This document shows positions 14,981 to 25,410 of a stretch of 64,000 bases of DNA, piece by piece. The notes beneath the pieces are model-generated. The model had not been told where the DNA came from. It searched no databases and saw only the letters and a program-made list of their open reading frames with translations. Origin of the DNA: Eledone cirrhosa (lineage: Eukaryota). The stretch lies in the NCBI GenBank assembly GCA_964016885.1, contig OZ024748.1, positions 5,208,001 to 5,272,000 of the forward strand, written 5' to 3'. The position numbers were made by a program, and so were the translations under genes. Each line of letters starts with the position of its first letter. The stretch's first letter is position 1.

Positions 14981-15286
14981 TACAATATATTAATAAGTGG
15001 AAACTATATTTATAAAACCATATTTATTTTATTATACATATTTTAAGGGCCACCAAGGCAAATTATGGTGCGCTTTCATAAGATAAAATACAGATTTGAT
15101 GAAAGCGCACCATAGTTTGCTCTGGTGGCCCTTGAAATATGTATAATAAAATAAATATAGTTTTATAAATATAGTTTCCATTTATTAATATATTGTATAT
15201 TTACTCCACTAATATGTTGAGTGCTTTATATCAGTTATAAACATTTTTAAGCTTGTTGAATCCCAACAAATTAAATATAACCTCTG

Positions 15287-15290
<4 letters not shown>
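14981..15290 (+). mobile_element. Fold-back PLE derivative, family A, degenerate HHRs
   Basis: Inverted arms about 14981-15080 and 15097-15197, tail to 15290; right-arm core reads TTGATGA...GAAATATGTATAATAAAAT; (TA)n on both sides. Confidence 0.8.
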
Positions 15291-15357
<67 letters not shown>

Positions 15358-15382
15358 ATTTATAAATATATATATATATATA

Positions 15383-15847
15383 TGTGATAATAGCATAAAT
15401 AATATACAAGTTAACAAATGTAACTGTAGAGATAGATCTAAATGTCCGTTAAATAACAACTGCTTAGTTAAAAATATAGTATACAATTGTAATGTTAAAA
15501 CTGATTCTAATTCTTTTAACTACGTCGGTTCCACATCGACGGAATTTAAACTTCGCTATAATAACCACAAGAATTCTTTCACAGATCCAAGCAAAAAATC
15601 TTCAACGGCACTATCAGGCGTACTCTGGCAACTTAAGCTAGATAACGTTAGATATTCGACGGCTTGGAATATAGTCTCAAGAGGAATTCCTTTTAATTCA
15701 TCCTCTGAGACATGCGACCTCTGCGCAGAGGAGATATTCTTTATACTAAAATCTAAAAACTCCCTTAATCTACGGACAAATTTATTCAGTTGCTGCAAAC
15801 ATAGATTAAACTCAACTTATAAATATAAATTTAAATTTAAAATGTAG
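15383..15847 (+). pseudogene. 5'-truncated GIY-YIG endonuclease domain of a Penelope-like retroelement (Naiad-like); 154 codons, no internal stop, no start codon
   Basis: Manual translation: ...NKCNCRDRSKCPLNNNCLVKNIVYNCNVKTDSNSFNYVGSTSTEFKLRYNNHKNSF...STALSGVLWQLK...AWNIVSRGIPFNSSSETCDLCAEEIFFILKSKNSLNLRTNLFSCCKHR...KM*. NIVY/YVG correspond to GIY/YIG; catalytic-type R (FKLRY), E (AEE) and N (LN) present; upstream CxCx5Cx5C and H/CxxC/H zinc ligands. Starts directly after a (TA)n tract. Confidence 0.9.
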
Positions 15848-17211
15848 TATATTTAGTTTGATTTATAAGTATTTGGGAAACTAGCCGATAAATCTTTCGA
15901 TTTCTTCTTTTTATTCTTCTTTTTATTTTTATTTTTATTTTTATTTAAACATTCTTCATGGAAAATTAAACTACCCTAAAAGTTGATGCTCCAAATATTT
16001 CGAATAAACGTTACACTAGATAAACTTCTATATTAAATATAAGAATACATGTAGACCAAATGGGCATCCTAAACTTTTTGAAATGATTTTTGCTAGATGC
16101 GATTTGATAAATAATTTTTAGCTTTATCTGTTTTCGACTCTGATGCTTATAATGAACTTGGCAATATATTGTCAATTAATTTTGAAGGGTTGATCTTTGT
16201 GGTTTATTTTTAGTATTGTAGTATTTTCTAATATTTTTAATATGTAATATTTTTAATATGTAATATTTTTTCGTAATATTTTTTAGTTTTCTATTTTATT
16301 ATTATTTATTTATTATTATTATTATTATTTATTATTATTATTATTGTTGTTTTTTGGTTTTTGGTTTTTGTTTCTGATATATTTTTTATTAATATATTGA
16401 AATCTGCTCTCTATTTCTGCTTGATAGATAATCTTGTAGAGTAAAGACAAGAATAGTAGTAATATAGACTCTATATATATGTGTATATATATACACATAT
16501 GTGTATACTTAAATTTTTATAGCATCATGTAAATTCACATCGATGTTTGTAGTTATCATATAAACATATGAATTTTTTAAAACTAAACATAAGATCATTA
16601 CTTTTCACACATTATGGATACGTGTCTCATTCAGGAATACTGATATTTTCAATATAGTGCCTGGTTTTTATACATATTTTTTATACATATTAATACTTCT
16701 ACATTAAAACATAGGGTTTATATGCCTCGCCTATGTCTGATTACTTTTCATTTTTCTCGCTATATAACTGCTGGTTTCTCTCCTAACCACATATACCTCC
16801 CTTACATTAATACTAGAGCTAAATAAATAAATAAATAAATAAATAAATGTATCATTGATACGTTTACTCAACGGATGTCCAACTACATATTTTTCTATTC
16901 TATATATATATCTATCTCTATCTATTTCCTCTCTCTATATATATCTCTCTCTGTTTCTTTACATGAAGTTCTTCTCTTTATCTATCTTTCCATCTCTCTT
17001 TTTTGTTCCATGCATTTCTTCTTTTTCTTCTTTTTCTTCGTTTTCTGTCTTTCTTTCTTTTTTCTCTCTTTCTTTCTTTCTGTTTACAATTTTTTCACTG
17101 CCAATTCAATTTTTTCACTGCCAATTTTTTCACTGCCAATTCAACTTTTCAAATACAAGTCGATGTTGTACGGTATGTCAAATCTATTTATCTATAAAAC
17201 TGTTTATATTG

Positions 17212-17277
17212 TATTTTGTCTGAGGAAGGCATAGCATATTGTTAATATGATATTCCTGAAATATATATAACGAAATA
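17212..17277 (+). ncRNA. Minimal type I hammerhead ribozyme
   Basis: TATTTTGT-CTGAGGA-[stem II AGGCATAGCATATT-GTT-AATATGATATTCCT]-GAAA-TATATATA^ACGAAATA; stem I TATTTTGT/ACGAAATA, palindromic stem III, AUA triplet. Confidence 0.8.
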
Positions 17278-17389
17278 AATATGGTTTTATAAATATAGTT
17301 TCCATTTATTTAATATCGTATATATATATATATATATTTTTATATATATATATATTTATATATATATATATTTATATATATATATCGTT

Positions 17390-17578
17390 GCATTACTACT
17401 TTTGTTTGTCTACTGTCCCTCTTTCTCCACCCTATTCGCTCTGTCCCAATAACTTATTTTAGCTATTGCTCGCACTGATTTTGAGGTATCTGGTCTTTAA
17501 TGCGAAGAAATACCGCTGATAGTCAGAAGATCACTGATGATGGACAGTCCCGTTTCTCGCTCTATTTTTCATTCTTAT
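17390..17578 (+). repeat. (TA)n-associated dispersed repeat; inverted relatives at about 6660-6790 and 60715-60825
   Basis: Shared CCCAATAACTTAT...GGTATCT(G/T)GTCTTTAA.GCG.AGAAATA...ACTGATGA blocks with the 6660-6790 copy; ACTGA(T/A)GA and GGAC.GTCCC shared with the 60715-60825 copy. Confidence 0.55.
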
Positions 17579-17590
17579 ATATATATATAT

Positions 17591-17785
17591 ATAGGAAAAA
17601 GTATGACCCCGACGGCAGAGCTCAAGCCGTTTCGACGGCTATTTTTGGTCCAGAAATAGCCGTCGAAACGGCTTGAGCTCTGCCGTTGGGGTCATACTTT
17701 TTCCTATTTCCCACTCTACTACCCTAAGTATTGAGTACTCTGGTGCGTTATGGTCCATCTGGTTCCTTACCACAATTCTTTTGTT
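17591..17785 (+). mobile_element. Fold-back element family B (about 58-bp arms plus tail) in (TA)n
   Basis: Palindrome 17591-17707 centred on TGGTCCAG; tail with ACTCTAC...TTGAGTACT; further copies at 28041, 30881, 42434 and 56465. Confidence 0.8.
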
Positions 17786-17805
17786 ATATATATATATATC
17801 TACGC

Positions 17806-17836
<31 letters not shown>

Positions 17837-17966
17837 GTAGATAAAGTTACTTACATATATACACACACCTAACTGTATAAACTTTTTGTGTTTCCATTGG
17901 TCAATTTGAACTCTGTTCCCAAATAGACCTGTAATTTTGAATTGTTGTTATTATCAATAAATATAT

Positions 17967-18120
17967 TTCATTATTTCTGAAGACGGCATATATATGAGTT
18001 GGTATGTATATTTAATTTTGATAGTTTGTATAATTTTGTATAATTTTGTACATAGATCTGTTAAATATACATGCCAATTCTAACACATATATATCCCAGA
18101 AACGATCGTTAAATAATGAA
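17967..18120 (+). ncRNA. Type I hammerhead ribozyme with very long stem II
   Basis: Perfect 10-bp stem I TTCATTATTT/AAATAATGAA; CTGAAGA at 17977-17983; about 115-nt stem II including GTTGGTATGTATATTTAA/TTAAATATACATGCCAAT; GAAAC-GATC-GTT^ at 18099-18110 (palindromic stem III). Confidence 0.75.
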
Positions 18121-18179
18121 CTTTTTTTGTTTAATATAAGGAACTGTTTCATTGTTTTATTCATTACTTTTTTAATATT

Positions 18180-18225
<46 letters not shown>

Positions 18226-19252
18226 TACGACACATCACACTCTCTCAACTCTTACATCTACCCCTCGATGGTAGAGCCAGCAATAATAACATTGATGGTG
18301 ACAATGATGATGATAAAAATGTTGTTGTTTTTGGTGGTGGTGGTGGTGGTGACCATAATTGGACTCCAATGGTAACAGCAATTATTTGATAATGGTAGTG
18401 TTGGTGTTGTGTGGTGGTGCTGTTATTGGTGATGGTGCTAGTCGTGGTGGTGGTGGTGGTGGTGGTGGTGGTGGTGGTGGTGGTGGTGGTGGTGGTGGTG
18501 GTGGTGGTGGTGGTGGTGATGCTGATGATGATATCGGTCGTAATGATGGCGAGAGTGGGGTGGGGGCTCCAATGGTAACAGTAATTATTTGATTATGGTG
18601 GTGATGGTGGTGATAGTGGTGTTAGTGGTGATGGTGCTAGTCGTGGCGGTGGTGGTGGTGGTGGTGGTAGTGGTGGTGATGATAGAGATGGAAGTGGTAT
18701 TAGTGGTGATGGTGATGGTCTTGGTGGTGATGGTGGTGATGGAGATGGAGGTGGTGGTGGTGGTGGTAGTCGTGGTGGTGATGGAGATGGAGGATGTGTA
18801 AGTGGTAATGGTGCTAGTCGTGGTGGTGGTGGTGGTGATGGAGATGGAGGTGGTGGTTGTGTTGGTGGTGGTGTGAATGAATGAATACATGCAAAGGTGG
18901 GGTTACGCCACGTCCGGCACCATGGTGGTTCCAATGGGCGTTAATGACATCAATGTCGAGAGTGGAGCGGTGTGGCGGCGTGTGCTGTGTGACAGAGGGA
19001 TGGCAAAAATGACACTGTCCAGTAACGAGGGTGACATTCACCCAACGACAATGAACAGCCAACCCACCACCTCCACCAACCTACCCAGCCACCACCCGTC
19101 ATCTTCATCTCATTTCCCATGATGCATCACGCTATCAATTCTAGATAACCAGTAGGTTCTCTCGATGGTTTAATGAGTGGGTGGATGGTTCATTGTCTCC
19201 AATGAAACTGACACACACGCAAACCCACAATATATATATTTATATATATATA

Positions 19253-19308
<56 letters not shown>

Positions 19309-19344
19309 TACATATATATGTGTGCGTATATATATATATATATA

Positions 19345-19430
<86 letters not shown>

Positions 19431-19493
19431 TTAGGGAAGGGATAAATGCATACATAGATATACGTGGTATTTTTGTGCATACATTGTCATACA

Positions 19494-19592
<99 letters not shown>

Positions 19593-19639
19593 CACACATA
19601 TACAGTATATATACTGTATATATATATATATATTATATA

Positions 19640-19738
<99 letters not shown>

Positions 19739-20347
19739 TACACACACACACACACAGAAGCTCTGTATGACGAGTTGTTTTGAAAGACATGAAGGTGGAG
19801 GCCCTGCCCACAAGTTTCCACTATAAGCTCCAGAGGGGCAGGGAATAGGTTTAGGGCTTCACAGAAAAAAGGGTTAGGTGAGACATTCTTATGTTGACAA
19901 ATAAAATGGATGAGGTGACACAACAACTGCAACAACAGCGACACACTAGGTTTCGTGGTGGTGGTGGTGGTGGTAGTGGTGGTGGTGGTGGTGGTGGTGG
20001 TGGTGGTGGTGGTGGTGGTGGTGGTGGTGGTGGTGGTGGTCGTGGAGGTGGTGGTAGTGGTGGTTGTGGTGGTGGTGGCAGTGGTGGTGGTGGTAGTGGT
20101 GGTGGTCGTGGTGGTGGTGGTGGTAGTGGTGGTGGTGGTGGTGGTTGTGGTTGTGGTAGTGGTGGTGGTTGTAGTGGTGGTGGTGGTGGTGGTGGTGGCG
20201 ATGTTGGGGTGGAGGAGGAGTAATCTATTTATTTACATGTTTCCATTGCTTTCGGGATTGAAGATCTTCAATATCATGAGGTCGCACTATGTCAGGTGGT
20301 GGTGGTGGTGGAGGGGGAGGGTAGTAGAGGTAGTGGAGGTGGTGGTG

Positions 20348-20382
<35 letters not shown>

Positions 20383-20941
20383 GGTAGTGGTGGTAGTGGT
20401 GACGGTGAGGGGGGGGGTGTATGGTGATATCATGAAGGTGGCTAATTAACTACAGCCCTTTCTCTTTATCTCTGCCAAACACACTCACACGCATACACTT
20501 TCACACATACTCAAGCACACATACACATACACAAATACACATACACACATACTCAAACACACGCATACATATATACAAATACACACAAGATGAAAGACAC
20601 ATACAAAGACATTTATATACACACAGACACACACATGCACATAGACACACACATGCACATAGACACACACATGCACATATAAAATCATTGCCACATACAC
20701 ACATATACATGTCCACAATCTCACACTGAGACATACGTACACATACAGAGAGAGACGAACATAAACACTTATATATCCACATATACATATGTAGAGATGC
20801 ACAGACACACACACATACAGATGCATACGGAGAGAGAGAGAGGGAGGGGGATGCACACAAACAGAAAGAGAGAAGAAGGAGGCAGATAAAGAGACAGAAA
20901 GATAGAGAAAAATGCAGAGAGAGAGAGAGAGAGGGAGAGAT

Positions 20942-20990
<49 letters not shown>

Positions 20991-21115
20991 TAGTGAGAGA
21001 AAAAACAAAGGGAAAAGAGTCAAAAGGGGGAGAAGAGAGGAAGAGAGAAATAGAGAATGGGAGAGAGAGACAGAGAGACAAAGGGATACAGGCAGAGTGA
21101 GAGAGACAGAGACAA

Positions 21116-21180
<65 letters not shown>

Positions 21181-21301
21181 GAAAAGTGGGCAGTGTAAGT
21201 GAAGGTGTCTTGTTTGATACTTATTTACACACAAATTTTGATTGAGTACTTACAGTGTTGTCCCCTGATAGGGCTTGGACTTAATGGTAGAGGTTGTGAG
21301 G

Positions 21302-21375
<74 letters not shown>

Positions 21376-21854
21376 GCTCACACACACACACGCACACACA
21401 CGTTGGATGTTGGAACTCCGTTGGTTCGGACGAGGATTCTTCCAATTGATTCACTCAACGGAAGAAACTGCTCGTTAAATTAACAGACACGTGTACCCAA
21501 CCTACAACGTAGTTCTCATGGAGATCTAGCGAGAGACATTAGGATGAGTGGACTTGACCAACGTGAAATAAAGTGTCTTGCTCAAGGATAGAACACACTC
21601 GCTGGCAATCAAACTTACGACCTTACTACGCTCAAGAACCAAAGTTCCTAATCATTGAACCATGGCCCTTCTGCGAAACACAACACATAAAACACAACAC
21701 ACAAAACACAAAACACAACACACAACACACAACACACAACACACACACCACACAACACACACACAAATATATATATCATCTTTCCTCCCCATTGCTCGCT
21801 CTTTCTCTTAAAAATTCAACTCTTATTCACGCAGTATATATATATTTCTCTCTC

Positions 21855-21931
<77 letters not shown>

Positions 21932-22859
21932 AATACACACTATCTATCTTTCTTACACAGATTCATACACTCACAGACATACTATATCTATCTCACATTC
22001 ACACACACAAATACTATCTATCCCTCTTACACACACACGCACACACACAAACATAATTGATGTCTCTCTTATATACAAACACACATAATCACGCACACAC
22101 ATTCTCTGTCTGACTAATATTAATTATTAAATGAGCCTTAATTGTCATCAACACCCTTCAAAAGGGGCCAAAGAGCTCCATACCTGACCTTTTACTGACA
22201 CCTCACCATACGGCGGTAAGGGAACCCGGTTTCAAATTCCATCCAGCTCACTCTCAATGAAAACACATTTGTTTCAATTTATCGCGTTTACTATTTCAGA
22301 ATTTATGTGTGTGTGCGTCTGTGTATCTTAATGTGCATGTGCGTCTGTATCTGTGTGTGTGTGTATGTGTATCCATGTATGTGTCTATATGTGTGTGTGC
22401 CTATGTGCTTTACTATGCATATGCGTGTATGTGTGCCTTTCTGTATGTCTGAGTGTTTTTATGTGTATCTGTGTATGTGCCTTTATATGTGTGTGTGTGT
22501 GTGTGTGTATGTGCCTATATGTCAGAGAGTGCATGTGTCATAATACATGTGCGTTTGTATGTGTATCTGTGCACGTGTCCATATGTGTGTGTATCTGTGT
22601 GACTTACTATGCAGTTGTGTATGTGTGCCTTTCTATATGATTGTGTGTGTGTTTGTGTATGTTAGTTTACTTTTAGTATTTCAATTGTTTTAATCGTTAG
22701 ACTGCGCCCATGCTGGGGCCCTACCTTGTCGAGATTTAGCCGAGCGTATCAATCCCAATACCTATTTTAAAATATCGATATCTTTAGGCTTTCTTTTAGG
22801 CAAACTATTAGTTTATGAAAACACTAATTTTAAAGTTTGCATAACTGCTTCTATATGAA

Positions 22860-23186
22860 GTAAACCTGGTGCCGATGGAATAGCAATCCTAAACTCTAGA
22901 CATCACATTCGTTCAACACCTATTGCCGTCAGTATTGACGACATGATTCCACTAATCTGCAGGATAGAAGAGATCCCGCGGTAGGCCCCACACCAGATGA
23001 CTGGGTATCATTAGGGAAGATATCCGGAAGCTCGACATCACCTTGGAGGATGCAGGGGTAGCTGGCACAGGACCGCCAGTGATAGAGGGCGCTGGTGGAC
23101 CTGGCCGACTCTACGCACTACAATGCTTTGGGATCGCTGGCTTAAGATACCCCCGGCCTCGTCGACCAGGAGCAAGAAGAAGAATA
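22860..23186 (+). mobile_element. Decayed RTE-like LINE 3' end
   Basis: G*KRSRGRPHTR*LGIIREDIRKLDITLEDA...LAQDRQ**RALV; ends in (AGA)n. Confidence 0.62.
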
Positions 23187-23250
23187 GGAAGACCAACTCC
23201 ATTAATAATTGTTTCTACTTTGGGCACAAGGCCATCAATTATTCCAGTGT

Positions 23251-23452
23251 AGGCGTGTGGCTGAGTGGTTAGAGAATTGGTCTCGCAATCGTGAGGTTGT
23301 GAGTTCGATTCCCGGACCGGGTGATGCGTTATGTCCTTGAGCAAGACACTTTATTTCACGTTGCTCCTTCTACCTGGAGTTGCGACCGATAGATAGTATT
23401 AGCAATTGGAAAGACCAACGGAAACATTGTTTCCTCGCTCCGATTTGACGAT
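23251..23452 (+). mobile_element. tRNA-derived SINE family S2 (CORE-like), tail type a; copies at 27711-27912 and 55631-55827
   Basis: GGCGTGTGGCTGAGTGGTTAGAG (A box), GAGTTCGATTCCC (B box), GTCCTTGAGCAAGACACTTTATTTCACGTTGCTCC. Confidence 0.8.
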
Positions 23453-25174
23453 CGTTCCTTATTACTGGTACTGGTACCAGTAATACACTGGGATAATTGC
23501 TGGCCTTGTGCCAAAAGTAGAAACAATTATTAATGGAATTGTTTCTACTTTTCATTAATAATTACAAGATAGAAAGTATGAAGGGCTCGATTTGAACTCC
23601 CAACACAATGGACAGATGTAACCAGATTCCTCAAGTTATTTAAGTCCAGTGCTCTACCTGGTTAGCTAAACTTTACCCCTCCCCAACTCGCATCACCATA
23701 CTCTACTTCATACCCGGCCTCACTCCATAATTAAAATGATAAATTATCCAAACATCACTCTTCGATAATGGTTGACAATGCAGACTTTCGTTTCTAAAAG
23801 TTTCTTTTTTTTTTTCCTTCTCGTTTTGCTGTTTTTTATTATTTTTTTTTTTTTTAGTATGTTAATGAAGAATAATTAGCGATTTCTTTCTATCGTTCTA
23901 TGTAGCTTTCCTTCCTACGTCCCTCTACCCCCTCTACCTATATATTTCTATTTCTCCCCTGTCGTCACACTCATTTATTTTATTCCTCCTTCCTAACCTT
24001 TTCTTCTCCAGGCTCCCTACGGACCTACACAACGTTTCCAACGTAACTGTGAGCTCCTTCACATCTCATAATTGCCAAAAATCCACTCGCAAACACTTAT
24101 CCCAACACATTTTGGGCGGATCAAACCCCACGGGGGAATTGTTTTATTCCCTCTCCTTAACTCCCGTAACTTACACCACCAGCACCATCACCACCACCAC
24201 CACCACTCACATACTCATGTATTACTGTTATTCTCTCTTCCTCCCTACAATCTTCTCTTTTGCACTCTTTCCTTCATTTTCTCTCTCACCTTCTCTGTCA
24301 GTGTAACCAATATTTCTTCCACCCCCACCAATATCTTCACTCTGACATATGTCGGATGCGATGTTAACAATATATATATATACAAACACATATACGTAAA
24401 TAATACATGCATGCATATATATATATAGATACATATATATATATATGTATTATTTATATGTATATATATATATGTGTGTGTGTGTGTTTAACATTTATAC
24501 TTTAGTAGTGTATCACCAGTGATCTATCCTCCCCCCCACACACACACAATATATATATATATATATATTATCGTTCAATATCTGATTGTTTTCTCGTTCA
24601 CTGATCCCTGTAGCTAGTCGCTAATCGGTTTACATAAAGAAGTATTTTTAGTATAACTAAAAGATATTTCTACATATCTTGACAATATATTTATGTTCGT
24701 TCAGTTTGTGTATAGATTGTGGTGGGTTGGAAGGTTTGGCTTACTTTCGTTTTGAAATACAGTAAATAATATAATCTGTTATATAAATTGAACAGACATT
24801 GGATTTAAAATTCTTTGGTTTTATAATTATAATTGTAGTGTTAATAAAATAATTATAAAAACCACAATTATAATTATAAAAGCAATTTATATGAAATCCA
24901 ACGTCTCTTAAATCTATTCCCTAAGTTGAAGGGTCATTATTTTTGGTCTGTGGCAAACATACAAAATATTGTAACCGACGAGCTAAGGACACTCACTTCC
25001 ACGATCAATATGTAAAACATCAGAACTGTTATTTTTGAAAAGAAGAAGAAAAAGAAATGTTAATAACATAATTGTATCATTGAGATATGTAAGATTCTGT
25101 CATTAGATCAATGTATTTTGTGTCAAATACTGGATCGATAAATATGACAAACATAAAGTCAATATACATGTATC

Positions 25175-25410
25175 ATTCAACTGTGCCCTGAGTACGCAGA
25201 CTCTAGGTCGATGTATTCAACTGCATAGGGATACCCCCCCCCCACACACACACACACAAAAAAAAATAGGTCGATCTATTCAACAGTGCCCTGAGTCCAC
25301 AAACTCTAGGTCAATCTATTCAATTATGTCCTGAGTCTACAAACTCTAGGTCGACGTATTCAATCGTGTCCTGAGTACTTTAAATTCAAGGTCGATCTGT
25401 TCAATTGTAT
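25175..25410. repeat. Degenerate 40-bp tandem repeat
   Basis: TATTCAA..GTG.CCTGAGT....AACTCTAGGTCGA repeated about five times with one interruption. Confidence 0.7.

Larger units (their letters stand above)
15383..17318 (+). mobile_element. 5'-truncated Penelope-like element (endonuclease ORF, long 3' region, HHR-bearing terminus) inserted in (TA)n
   Basis: Bounded by (TA)n on both sides; GIY-YIG frame at the 5' end; HHR at 17212-17277; 17172-17318 aligns by eye with the arms of family A hairpins and ends ...AATATCG like the 8421 end. Continuity of the 15850-17170 interval with the element is inferred. Confidence 0.75.

Noticed and set aside
15383-15847. Selenocysteine recoding, reported from memory for some Naiad PLEs
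   Set aside because: All Cys codons in this frame are TGT or TGC, with no in-frame TGA; no SECIS identified by eye.
23251-23320. tRNA genes
   Set aside because: A and B boxes continue into SINE core sequence and recur in diverged copies; these are SINE heads.
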